IMG/VR virus record: IMGVR_UViG_3300048858_000099
Span: 5,373 to 69,372 of that record
Source: a virus
Taxonomy: Duplodnaviria; Caudoviricetes
Length of the DNA stretch: 64,000 nt
Reading direction: 5' to 3' (one strand)
Notes under the pieces: generated by a model
The model's database searches: none
What the model was told of the DNA's origin: nothing
Seen by the model: the letters and a program-made list of their open reading frames with translations, nothing else
Position numbers and translations under genes: made by a program
Shown: in pieces, positions 54,063 through 62,751 of the stretch
Layout of the letters: the number at the start of each line of letters is the position of its first letter
Position numbering within the stretch: the first letter of the stretch is position 1

Positions 54063-54428
54063 ATACCTGCTGGTCTAGTCGGCATATCAGGACGCTGCCA
54101 TAGGTCGATCGACTCATTCCGTGGACTGATTCTGGAGCGCAAGGACCCACCCTTTCGTCTGGGGATCAGATCAGAAAGGTTCGGCTGGGCCGTCCGACGT
54201 AGGGGTGTCCGCATCTCCCTCTTGCCAACAGAGCGTCATGGCTTAGCTCTGCCACCCCTCCCCACTTCCTAGCCAGTGGTCGGCTGTCTGCCCTGCACGT
54301 ATGCCGTACAGAGAACGCCAGAGAGGTCGGAGCAACGGCTCTGCCTTCAAGTCGGGCGTCGGTGATCCCAAGTTTCGATAACGGGGTGTCCTCTCCTCTT
54401 GGAGAGTTGCGGCTGATGTCATCGGGGC

Positions 54429-54456
54429 TTGCCCGGCACTCTCAGTCGCCTATACT
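54429..54456 (+). promoter_or_regulatory. Sigma70-like promoter candidate
   Basis: TTGCCC-16 bp-TATACT. Confidence 0.45.
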
Positions 54457-54515
54457 GCGCTCATTCGTTTGATCCACAATCAACGAAGGTAGCCGTCTGT
54501 TTCGGGCGGATCAAG

Positions 54516-54554
54516 CAAACTCCCGCGGGCGGCCTCGTGCACCGCGGGAGTTTG
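54516..54554 (+). terminator. 13-bp stem hairpin, intrinsic terminator/attenuator-like
   Basis: CAAACTCCCGCGG-13 nt-CCGCGGGAGTTTG. Confidence 0.65.
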
Positions 54555-54583
54555 TCGTTCTCGGCTGCTAGCGTTTCGTCCTC

Positions 54584-54805
54584 ATGAACCACGAAACACA
54601 GTCGATTCACCCAGCTACTGCGGCGCTCTTAGAGTTCTTCAGGTACGACCACCTACCCGAGAACCTGCAGGCCGTCTCCAAGCCGATCTGTGAGCTGGCT
54701 CATGACATCGCTCACTCACAGCTCGCAGGCGGCGCGGAAGTCACGGCGGGGCTTCGCAAGCTGCTCGAAGCCAAGGACTGCTTCGTGCGAGCTGCTCTGG
54801 CCTAA
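54584..54805 (+). CDS. Small helical-hairpin phage protein, Acb2/Tad1-like
   Basis: FFRYDHLP..LQAVSKP..AEVTAGLRKLLEAKDCFVRA aligns by eye with the RE..A.TKLEEA hairpin. Confidence 0.55.
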   Translation: MNHETQSIHPATAALLEFFRYDHLPENLQAVSKPICELAHDIAHSQLAGGAEVTAGLRKLLEAKDCFVRAALA

Positions 54806-54983
54806 CGGTCGGCGGCTCAGCTACTCCGTTCGTGGAGCCAGTTCTGGGGTCCCTGAGCACGAACAACACCCTGTTTCCGCTGGAGATGCCAACTGGGTGA
54901 CGCACGGTCGACCCCGCGCCCTGCCTCCGGAGATGGTCTGTCTTGTCCAGCCCGGACAAGACACCACGACCGAGGAGCACCCC

Positions 54984-55328
54984 ATGTTCGAGAACGACAA
55001 CGACCTCATCCGCGACATCGTGGCCAAGACGCCGCAGGAGCGGGCCAAGTGGTTCGCCTGGCAGCTGCAAGACCTCGTCAACTTCGAGTGCGGCAACCCC
55101 ATGCTTGAGGGCATGTTCGAGTGGGAGGCCAAGAAGGAGGAGGCCACCAACGACCTGTACGACCACCTCGAAGCGCACCGCGCCCTCTTCGAGAACGACC
55201 CCGCCTACGCCCGTCACTACGCGGATATGGCTGAAGAGAACGAGATCTGGATGATCGAGAAGGCATGGGGCGGCGGGCAGCGCCCGGAGTGGCCTATGGA
55301 CGGGATCATCCTGCGCGGAGGGTTCTGA
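54984..55328 (+). CDS. Acidic hypothetical protein
   Basis: ATG at 54984 after GAGGAG; ends LRGGF. Confidence 0.65.
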   Translation: MFENDNDLIRDIVAKTPQERAKWFAWQLQDLVNFECGNPMLEGMFEWEAKKEEATNDLYDHLEAHRALFENDPAYARHYADMAEENEIWMIEKAWGGGQRPEWPMDGIILRGGF

Positions 55329-55361
55329 GCCTACGGGACTAACGACCTGGAGCTCGCGCGG

Positions 55362-55607
55362 TCAGTGAGCTTCCAGGTCGTCCCACATCGACTGGCCGAG
55401 CACATTGACCCACATCCAAGCTACCGCGCGTCGCTTCTCTGGGTCCGTGTCGGCCGAGTGTCGAACCTGCTCGCGGAAGAGCTGAACGAGGGCGGCTTGA
55501 TGAGGGCGTGAAACGGCCTCGATGGCGAAGATGCGTGCCATCGCTGTGTCCATCTCCTCCCCCGTCAGGACGTCCTCAGGGCGAGGGGGAAGCTGCTGAT
55601 CGGTCAT
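55362..55607 (-). CDS. Hypothetical protein
   Basis: ATG at 55607 overlaps the HNH stop. Confidence 0.55.
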   Translation of the reverse strand: MTDQQLPPRPEDVLTGEEMDTAMARIFAIEAVSRPHQAALVQLFREQVRHSADTDPEKRRAVAWMWVNVLGQSMWDDLEAH

Positions 55608-56434
55608 GACGTCTCCTTCGTGGTTTTCTTGGTTCGGTCCCACGTATGTGGCGCCTGAAACGCGATGATCGCCCGTGCCTCTCGGGCTGAGTACGAACGG
55701 AAGCGGCCATCCTTGCGGCGGTCGATGAGGTGGGGGTTTCGGGCGAACCAGTGGCCGAGTACGTCGATCGTCACTTCCCAGAGCTTCGACACCTCGGCGC
55801 TGGACAGACGTTCGTCATCAGGATCGGGTTCCATCCTTGCCCGGTGTGCCAGCCACGCATCCGCGTCAACGTGCCACCCAGTGGCGTCGGCCTTGCCGAG
55901 AACGTTCTTGTAGTAGTGCGTCAGGTGGTCGTGGCGGCACTTCTTGCAGTACCGGTTGCCTCGGCGGTCGCGGCCGGTGTTCTTTTCGTCAAACTCGTGG
56001 CCGCGCACGCACCAGCGCTTGGCCCCGTGGTGCACAACCTCGTCGGCGTTCAGCTGTTTCACCGCCATGGCCCGACGGGTGTTCTCGAGCGGGGTCACGG
56101 GCTGAAGGTGGAAGACCCCATCGGGGTTCACGCACTGCCTCACTCGACAGACATGATCAAGGTGCAGTGTGGGAGGAAGCTCTCCACGGAAGGCCATCCA
56201 CACGACCCGGTGGGCGCGCCGGCCGCTGTAGACGCCGTAGCCGTCACCGTCGAGACGGCCGTTCCAGATCCAGTGGCCCTCGGGCGTCACCGAGACCATG
56301 CCCATGATCTCGTCCTGGGTGAGCCGGCCGGTCATCATGCGCCACCCCTCGGCGCGGATGGCTTCAACGAGCGCGCGCTCTGATCCCGTCTCACGAGCAA
56401 GCTCGATAGCGGCTGCCAGGCGGTCGAGATCCAC
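55604..56434 (-). CDS. Phage HNH endonuclease (homing-type) with C-terminal extension
   Basis: WIWNG..DGYG..AHRVVW..LDHVCRVRQCVNP..HL..VT..EN, CVRGHEF..NT. Confidence 0.9.
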   Translation of the reverse strand: MDLDRLAAAIELARETGSERALVEAIRAEGWRMMTGRLTQDEIMGMVSVTPEGHWIWNGRLDGDGYGVYSGRRAHRVVWMAFRGELPPTLHLDHVCRVRQCVNPDGVFHLQPVTPLENTRRAMAVKQLNADEVVHHGAKRWCVRGHEFDEKNTGRDRRGNRYCKKCRHDHLTHYYKNVLGKADATGWHVDADAWLAHRARMEPDPDDERLSSAEVSKLWEVTIDVLGHWFARNPHLIDRRKDGRFRSYSAREARAIIAFQAPHTWDRTKKTTKETS

Positions 56435-56568
56435 GACTTACCGTGACACGAGGTTCGGCCTCCGTCGACCCCTATTTGCAACCAGGGACAACAGGGGACA
56501 ACGCGGGGCAACAACGGTCAGTGGCGTGAATCGGTGCGGTTCCGTGGTCACGATCTGGCGGCTAGAAC

Positions 56569-56922
56569 GTGGCGATGGAACACGCACAAGACCCCCGAGA
56601 TGAGGGGCGTGAAGACGATCGAACCACTCTGACAGAGCGGGTGACGCACCTCACGGACGCGCGCGACCGCTGGAAGGCCTACAACGACTCCTGCAAGGAG
56701 GACAAGCGCAACACCCACCTCCTGTCGAAGGACCAGCAGGCCGAACTGGTGTCGATCATGCGCGTCATGCCCACCGCCATCGGCAAGAGGGGCGAGGCCC
56801 CCACGTACCTCTTGAGCAACCTGTCAACGCGGATCCGCAGGGACGAACAGCGGCTCGGGGAGCTGACCAAGGCGCAGCGCGTCGAACTCCCGGAGCAGGG
56901 ACGAGGGGGGTTCTCGTGGTAG
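56569..56922 (+). CDS. Hypothetical protein
   Basis: 117 aa; ends QGRGGFSW. Confidence 0.6.
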   Translation: MAMEHAQDPRDEGREDDRTTLTERVTHLTDARDRWKAYNDSCKEDKRNTHLLSKDQQAELVSIMRVMPTAIGKRGEAPTYLLSNLSTRIRRDEQRLGELTKAQRVELPEQGRGGFSW

Positions 56923-57650
56923 ACGACAGCGAACAACGCGAGGTGGCACGGCTTGCCGCTGTGTTGCACCGAGAGATGAAGCATCCGGATTTCCTCTACG
57001 CGTCGGGTGTGGAGGGCAAGTTCGGTCCCAATCTCGATGAGGGATGGGTGCAGAACGCAGAGGTTCCGGAGCACAACACGTACTCAGATTGGTCACGGGG
57101 CGTCGTCCAGTACTGGCGCCGCCCGCTGCGGGCCGACGAGGGAAGTGCCCCGCGGGTCGTAGCTGGTTGCCTGGTTCCTCCCATCGGTGCGGTGTCAGAG
57201 ACCGAGCGACTCAGCGTGGTCCTGCACCACCTTGAACTGCACCCGGATTTTGAGTACCTGCAGGACAGGAGAGGCCACTATCTCGCCGAGCCTCCGGACG
57301 AGAGCTGGGTTGTCAACGAGCCCGCTACGGAGCGACACCGCACCTCATGGAAGATGGCCCTTCAGAACCATCGTTCCGGCAGTCGACCGGGGAATCGCTG
57401 GATGCGGCCTATCGGAAGCGCATTGCCGACGCGTGAGCGAGGGAGTTACCCCGCTCGCACCGTTCAGGGTCGGTTGATGGTGGCGGCGGACGGCCCCGCC
57501 GTCGGTCGGTTCGAGCCCGAGGGGCCGTTGGGTTACCGCGCCAAGACTGCTCCTGACGCTCTCGTGCGGAACACCCGTGAAGAAGCCGTAGACGACGAAC
57601 GTGTTTGGCGCACCCGCGGGATACAAGACCGAGAGGGGTTCTCTTGGTGA
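56916..57650 (+). CDS. Hypothetical protein with two HPD[FY].Y repeats
   Basis: Internal duplication; ends QDREGFSW. Confidence 0.65.
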   Translation: MVDDSEQREVARLAAVLHREMKHPDFLYASGVEGKFGPNLDEGWVQNAEVPEHNTYSDWSRGVVQYWRRPLRADEGSAPRVVAGCLVPPIGAVSETERLSVVLHHLELHPDFEYLQDRRGHYLAEPPDESWVVNEPATERHRTSWKMALQNHRSGSRPGNRWMRPIGSALPTRERGSYPARTVQGRLMVAADGPAVGRFEPEGPLGYRAKTAPDALVRNTREEAVDDERVWRTRGIQDREGFSW

Positions 57651-57952
57651 AGCAGATCGAGCGGCGCATCTGGGCACACTGGCGTGCGGAAGGGTTGCTA
57701 CAAGAGGCAGAGACGCTACGTGCCCGATCTCATGCAGTGGCTGACCGCGATGAGCGCGAGACCATCGACATCGACACCGCAGCCGACGACGCGTGGCACC
57801 GCTTCGGGGAGCACATGGACGAGCACCAGGACGCGTTGTCACCGAAGGCTCGGTGGTCTGCCTGGTACCTCTACGGCAGCCCCGAAAGGGACCTCAGCAG
57901 AATCGACCGCGACCGGCCTGTTGTCGATCGCGGTCAAGGCTTCGAGTTCTGA
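57647..57952 (+). CDS. Hypothetical protein
   Basis: GTG at 57647 overlaps the upstream stop; ends DRGQGFEF. Confidence 0.6.
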   Translation: MKQIERRIWAHWRAEGLLQEAETLRARSHAVADRDERETIDIDTAADDAWHRFGEHMDEHQDALSPKARWSAWYLYGSPERDLSRIDRDRPVVDRGQGFEF

Positions 57953-57953
57953 C

Positions 57954-58154
57954 CTACGGCCCGCCCCAGTCCGGGTGCGGCGTAGAAGTCAGGTGCCATG
58001 TGGCCCTCCCGCAGGGGATGAGCCCGTCGTCACCGTTGCACCGATAGACCCGCCACTCATGACGCCAGGCGTTGCCGTTGCGCTGCGCCTGGCGTAGCGC
58101 TGCCTTCGCCTCGTGCTTCGAGAGGTAGCCGACCTTGGTGCAGCGTTCGGGCAT
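57954..58154 (-). CDS. Small zinc-binding protein
   Basis: C.KV.Y..K.EAK..VYRC..C..WHLTS. Confidence 0.6.
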   Translation of the reverse strand: MPERCTKVGYLSKHEAKAALRQAQRNGNAWRHEWRVYRCNGDDGLIPCGRATWHLTSTPHPDWGGP

Positions 58155-58160
58155 GGCTCG

Positions 58161-58571
58161 TCAGAGATCGCCGCGTTTGGCGGGGGAGAGGTAGCCGAGT
58201 TCGCGCGCCTCGGCAACGTGGTCGTGGATCCAAGAGTGGTGCCAGGCACAAGCATGCAGGAGCACTTCCGGACGATGGTCGTGCCCCTGACTCTGACGGT
58301 TGATGTGATGGAACTGCGTCCCGTCTTCCAAGCACCGCAAGTGACGGCCGTCCCCGGCCGCGTGTTGATACTCGAACTCACAACGTCCACCGCTGCGTTC
58401 GCGAACTGCCTTCTTGGACCCTTCGAACCATGCACGGTCGTCCTGCTTGCGCTGTGACTGCTCGGCGAGGGGTCGACGGCGGATGGGCGTCCGCTTCATC
58501 TCCTTCATGCTGCGCTTCGGTTGTCCCGTGCTCTTGAGTGGCGTCTTCCGGGTGAGTGGCGTGCGCTTCAT
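58161..58571 (-). CDS. Small HNH endonuclease
   Basis: Basic N-terminus MKRTPL; RSGGRCE..HH..R..G..LLHAC..HH..IH. Confidence 0.75.
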   Translation of the reverse strand: MKRTPLTRKTPLKSTGQPKRSMKEMKRTPIRRRPLAEQSQRKQDDRAWFEGSKKAVRERSGGRCEFEYQHAAGDGRHLRCLEDGTQFHHINRQSQGHDHRPEVLLHACAWHHSWIHDHVAEARELGYLSPAKRGDL

Positions 58572-58798
58572 CGTGCCGCCCGGATCGCGTCACGAGCCAC
58601 CAACACCACGCCGATCACGATCATCAGGCCCACAACACCCCAGTTGCCAGAGGGTCGCAGCGAACGTTCGCAGACGACGAGTCCCACGCCTAGCGAAAGC
58701 ACCCCACAGAGCGCGGCGAGCACGCCCGCCAGACGCCACGGGTGGTGGACGACTGGCGGGAGGTGCTTGGGTCGGGGAGTTTCAAGCAGGAACGGCAC
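58568..58798 (-). CDS. Two-TM membrane protein
   Basis: Two hydrophobic helices. Confidence 0.55.
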   Translation of the reverse strand: MPFLLETPRPKHLPPVVHHPWRLAGVLAALCGVLSLGVGLVVCERSLRPSGNWGVVGLMIVIGVVLVARDAIRAAR

Positions 58799-59336
58799 CG
58801 AGTGCGTCCTTGATGTACTTGAACTCAGCTAGGTGCAGCTCGGCATCTTCGAGTGCACGGTGCGTCTTCTCCTGCTGGTCGAACGGCAAGAGCAAATCCT
58901 CACGGCCTATGAGGACGAGTGAGCGCCGAAGAATGCCTACGTCGATGTTGTAGTAGCGGAACCACCGATTGAGCTTGGGCATCTGCGCAGCTATGAAGCG
59001 GCGATCGAAGTGCGATACGCCCGAACCGCAAAGGATGAAGTCCTTCGGATGCCCCCACAGAGCCAGGGTGTTCGTCATTAGGAAGTCCACGCTGCCAAGG
59101 GTGATCTCGGATGCCCTGACTGCATCGAGAAGCCCGTTCGTCGTGTGCATGTCGCGCACGTAATCGCTGAGCTGATTCTCCCAGCCGAGAGGAGGGGAGA
59201 TCGCCCAGCCGTCCCGGGCGAGCACACTTAGATCACTGTCTGTGAGCACGAAACCTAGTTCAAGGATGGGGTCGTCATGCTCGTCGGTGCCGGTGGTTTC
59301 GAGGTCGAGCCATACATAGCTGGTCGGTCTTGACAT
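58782..59336 (-). CDS. orn: Oligoribonuclease (DEDDh 3'-5' exonuclease)
   Basis: VWLDLETTG, ILE..TDSDL, MHTTNGL, GSGVSHFDRRF, HRALED. Confidence 0.85.
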   Translation of the reverse strand: MSRPTSYVWLDLETTGTDEHDDPILELGFVLTDSDLSVLARDGWAISPPLGWENQLSDYVRDMHTTNGLLDAVRASEITLGSVDFLMTNTLALWGHPKDFILCGSGVSHFDRRFIAAQMPKLNRWFRYYNIDVGILRRSLVLIGREDLLLPFDQQEKTHRALEDAELHLAEFKYIKDALGAVPA

Positions 59337-59364
59337 CTAGTGCCTTTCGTTGCTGGTGTGAGGT

Positions 59365-60108
59365 TTAGTCGAAGGGGGCTTCATCGGGGTTGAGGGACCA
59401 GTCGCGCGCATCTTCTGGTCCCTCCTGCTGCTGCGCGGCGACACCGCTCCGCTCCTCGCCTTGCGTCGAGGCTGGCTCGTCAAGAGCGCCTACGAAGGAG
59501 TCAATGAGAGTGCGGCAATTGCGTTCGGCGCTGTGCGGCACAGCCCGGGCTGGGAACGGGAAGTGGGATCGCCATGCGGCCTTAAGCTCGGTCTGCTCGT
59601 CGGCGCTTAGCATGCCCTTGATGTAGGTCGTTAGGTCTACCGGAGCCGGCGTCGGGTCTGCCTGGTGGGCAACGTCCTGGTCGCCGTCGTCCTTGGCGTC
59701 ACTGATACAGAGAGTCTGCAGGAGCGCGTATTTGTAGGCCTGAGTGAGTGCCTTATTGGCGCCCTTGTCGGAGTTGTCGCGACCGAGGCCGTAGACCGGC
59801 CCCACCACGATCTTGTCTTCGACGCCGCCGGGACCGTACACGTCGTAAGTCACCGTGAGTTGTTCTTCGGTCCATGGCCGTTTATTGATCTCGAATTCCT
59901 TACATGTCCGGTCAATCACTTTCGGCACGAACACGATGCCGTACTTCGCAAAAAGCGGTTGGGCGTGCGCGGTGATCTGCTCAATGCCGCGGTACTGGTA
60001 GCCCTGGTTGCTGTTGTTGTCCTTGCCAATGGCCGGCAGGTCGGTCATGACGCGAGAGAGCGCTTGGACCACGTTCGTGGGAGCTTCGGGTTTTGGTGAT
60101 GATGGCAT
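59365..60108 (-). CDS. ERF-family single-strand annealing protein
   Basis: IGKD..N.QGYQYRGIE, DNSDKGANKALTQAYKYALLQ..I..DDGD; ATG at 60108. Confidence 0.85.
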   Translation of the reverse strand: MPSSPKPEAPTNVVQALSRVMTDLPAIGKDNNSNQGYQYRGIEQITAHAQPLFAKYGIVFVPKVIDRTCKEFEINKRPWTEEQLTVTYDVYGPGGVEDKIVVGPVYGLGRDNSDKGANKALTQAYKYALLQTLCISDAKDDGDQDVAHQADPTPAPVDLTTYIKGMLSADEQTELKAAWRSHFPFPARAVPHSAERNCRTLIDSFVGALDEPASTQGEERSGVAAQQQEGPEDARDWSLNPDEAPFD

Positions 60109-60109
60109 T

Positions 60110-60727
60110 TCAAGCCTTGTTCGAGTCAGAGAGGCAGTAGTCGTCGTGGTTGTCGCACCAGTCCTGGCAGTCACAACGGTCGGTCTTGGGCTTGCGCCCG
60201 TAGCCAACACCGAAGCCGGTGCCGAGGCAGTTGAAGCAGTGCGGGTCGATCCCGCGCGGGGTGTGCGTGCCCACTAAAGGCCAGCCATTGGTAGCAATGG
60301 CGGGCGAGACCAGTTCACTGAGGGCATCGAGTTCCCAGGCTGCCTCGAACTGTGCGAGTCGTTGTGGGACCACAATATCGAGACTGCAGCGGACCCACGG
60401 CATGCTGCGCTGCACGGTGTTGAGCTGAATGGTCCACAGGTTGGTTGCCTCGTCAGAGTTAACCGTCAACGCGTCGACGTTGTCGACCGCCAGCTTGTCG
60501 GCGAGCTGCCAGAGAGGGGAGAGTTGCGAGCTGTACGGCGTACGGCGAGGGCCCGTGAGGTCGACGCCGAAGCGCACGTAGGACTCGGCAATGAAGTCCC
60601 ACACGTCGTAGTCGGCACGTTCCGCGGCGCTGACCTTGGAAGCGAACTCAGTGAGTCCTTCGCAGACGGCATCGAATGCCCTATTGATGCGCTCTTGTGC
60701 TTGCATGTTGTACCTTTCGATTGTCAC
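60110..60727 (-). CDS. Hypothetical protein with C-terminal Cys motif
   Basis: CFNCLGTG..CDC. Confidence 0.55.
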   Translation of the reverse strand: MTIERYNMQAQERINRAFDAVCEGLTEFASKVSAAERADYDVWDFIAESYVRFGVDLTGPRRTPYSSQLSPLWQLADKLAVDNVDALTVNSDEATNLWTIQLNTVQRSMPWVRCSLDIVVPQRLAQFEAAWELDALSELVSPAIATNGWPLVGTHTPRGIDPHCFNCLGTGFGVGYGRKPKTDRCDCQDWCDNHDDYCLSDSNKA

Positions 60728-60789
60728 TGTGATGGGTGATCTAAGTGTGCCCGTTCTGTTTCGGCAGGACGGGCACTGCTGTTAGTGGT

Positions 60790-61008
60790 TTAGGGAAGAA
60801 GGTCGTCGACCGACACTCCAAGAGCGGTGGCCATCGGGCGAAGTCGTGAAGGGTGCGGAGATCGTGCGCCACTTTCATAGGCGCGGATCTCGCTGGCGCG
60901 CGCTTCGCAGTAGCCTGCAAGGAGTGCTTCGGACATGCGAGCGGCCTTGCGATACCGCGCGATGTTCCGTCCCAGCTTCTTGTTCCAAGGGGTTTGGGTC
61001 GTCTTCAT
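60790..61008 (-). CDS. XRE-family HTH repressor
   Basis: LGRNIARYRKAARMSE..LA..I..YESG.R.P..L..A.ALGVSVDDLL. Confidence 0.85.
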   Translation of the reverse strand: MKTTQTPWNKKLGRNIARYRKAARMSEALLAGYCEARASEIRAYESGARSPHPSRLRPMATALGVSVDDLLP

Positions 61009-61016
61009 TGACTACC

Positions 61017-61090
61017 TTTTTAGTCTTGGTGCAAGGAGTTGTCAATGAGTCGCACAAACTATTGACAACTTGTAGTCAGGCGATTAAAAC
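61017..61090. promoter_or_regulatory. Back-to-back divergent promoters with an inverted-repeat operator
   Basis: Plus strand: TTGACA (61062)-17 bp-TAAAAC. Minus strand: TTGACA (61045)-17 bp-TAAAAA. Inverted repeat AGTTGTCAAT..ATTGACAACT. Confidence 0.75.
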
Positions 61091-61172
61091 GGTGGTCGGC
61101 AAGTAATTGTCGACCCAGAGCGCCTGGTTCCCCCGCCAGGCGCCGAGGGAGCACCCATCACAAAGGAGACAA

Positions 61173-61448
61173 ATGACTTTTCTTACTAGAGACGGCATCG
61201 ACGTCAGTACCGCGACCGGCTTCCGAGCGTGGGCGCAAATAATCACTCAAGACCTGGCCGAGGCTTCAGTGCCAGTTCCGCTCGGTGTGGGCATGGCTCA
61301 TATCTGCGAAGACGACCTGTTCATCTCATCCATGATCTGCCTCGCCTGCGAACACCAGCTCGACCGCGCAGCGTGCGGAGACCGTGACAAAGACCTCGCG
61401 GCCGAGGGCGCAACTGCATTAGAGTTCATGACGGGAAGTCGAGCATGA
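61173..61448 (+). CDS. Early hypothetical protein
   Basis: ATG at 61173 after AAGGAG. Confidence 0.6.
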   Translation: MTFLTRDGIDVSTATGFRAWAQIITQDLAEASVPVPLGVGMAHICEDDLFISSMICLACEHQLDRAACGDRDKDLAAEGATALEFMTGSRA

Positions 61449-61792
61449 CGAACACCGCCACTGTGTACGAGCACGAGCCCTACCTCATGTCCATGGGCAG
61501 CACGGCCCCTGGGCGGCTGAACCTCGGAACCTGGATCGAGTGCGAGTGCGGCTGGATCAGCAACAACAGCACTCGGCCGGGGTCAGTCGAGAAGTCTCAT
61601 GAGTTTCACGTCTGGTTGGCCGAGACCTACCCGCGCGGGGAGGGCCTTGAGATCACTCGACTGCGCGCCAAGGCTTGGTGTCTGACTGACGTCAACACAG
61701 GCGAGCAGGTCAGCCCGAAGAACATGACGTGGGATGACAAGGCCACGGCGCAACGAGCACTGCGAATCCTGCGGGCGGGAGGTCGAGCATGA
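61445..61792 (+). CDS. Early hypothetical protein
   Basis: ATGA coupling. Confidence 0.6.
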   Translation: MTNTATVYEHEPYLMSMGSTAPGRLNLGTWIECECGWISNNSTRPGSVEKSHEFHVWLAETYPRGEGLEITRLRAKAWCLTDVNTGEQVSPKNMTWDDKATAQRALRILRAGGRA

Positions 61793-62106
61793 TCGACACC
61801 CGACAGCGCGGCTTCGTAGTCGCCGACGTGTCCAGTGCCCGTGGCATGACGTCCATGTCGTTCCTGACGATCCGCGGTCGCAGCATCGACCCGATCAAAA
61901 CCGTGACCGGAGAGCGGGACTGGACGCCCATCCTCGGTCAGGCCGTCGAGGTGTTCCCGACCAAGACCGAAGCCGTCAACGTGGCCGGCATGTACGGCGG
62001 CGGAGTGCTGGACTACGAGCGAGCGCAGCGCTACGACGCGATCCTGCGGGAGACCTGGACCCAGCTGCACCCGTCGACCTACCGGGAGGGCGACCGTGGG
62101 CTCTGA
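61789..62106 (+). CDS. Early hypothetical protein
   Basis: ATGA coupling. Confidence 0.6.
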   Translation: MIDTRQRGFVVADVSSARGMTSMSFLTIRGRSIDPIKTVTGERDWTPILGQAVEVFPTKTEAVNVAGMYGGGVLDYERAQRYDAILRETWTQLHPSTYREGDRGL

Positions 62107-62383
62107 ACCCGAAGACGTAGACGACGAGGCCTGGAACGAGACGAGCCACGTCACGCACCTCGTGCAGGAAGCGCACCGCCAGGCGAGGCCTCAGCGGATG
62201 ACACCAGCACAGTGGCTTGAGGGGCAGTTGCACCTGCTGACGCGCCGTGAACCAGACCCTCGGGACGTGGCAGCAACGCAGGCGGCGCTGGACATCGTGA
62301 ACGAGATGGACGGCATCTCACGCGGCTTGGACCCCCAGCCCCGTTGGCCCGAGCCACCGGGCCGTGGTTGGGAGTTGCTGTGA
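62096..62383 (+). CDS. Early hypothetical protein
   Basis: RBS GGAGG; overlaps both neighbours. Confidence 0.55.
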   Translation: MGSEPEDVDDEAWNETSHVTHLVQEAHRQARPQRMTPAQWLEGQLHLLTRREPDPRDVAATQAALDIVNEMDGISRGLDPQPRWPEPPGRGWELL

Positions 62384-62751
62384 CTTCAGACCTCACTCTC
62401 TCACCAGCAATGGTGAGGGCGGTCACTCAAAGTGCTGAGCATTACGGATGGACCTACATAGATGTTGGATCAATCCACAAGGGTAAAGAGGGCTGGGATG
62501 CGGTACTAAACGAGATCACAACCAGTGTAATTACCGCACTAGCGACCCACTTTGAGGACCCCGCCAACCATGCCGACTGGCTTGCTCTTGCTTCCACGGT
62601 ACCGATGACACAAGCCGAAGCAGATGCACGGATGGAACGAGAAGATTTCTGTCTAGAGTGCGATGAATTTACCGGCAGCATGCTCCACAAAGAGCTAGAG
62701 CTAAACGGTCATGAACCTTTGAAGCTTTATCGAGTCAGGGGAGCGCAATGA
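62380..62751 (+). CDS. Hypothetical protein
   Basis: GTGA coupling; lower GC from here to the end of the window. Confidence 0.55.
   Translation: MTSDLTLSPAMVRAVTQSAEHYGWTYIDVGSIHKGKEGWDAVLNEITTSVITALATHFEDPANHADWLALASTVPMTQAEADARMEREDFCLECDEFTGSMLHKELELNGHEPLKLYRVRGAQ

Noticed and set aside
53667-57952. C-terminal tails as proteasome-activating HbYX/GQYL motifs
   Set aside because: None has the penultimate tyrosine that motif requires.
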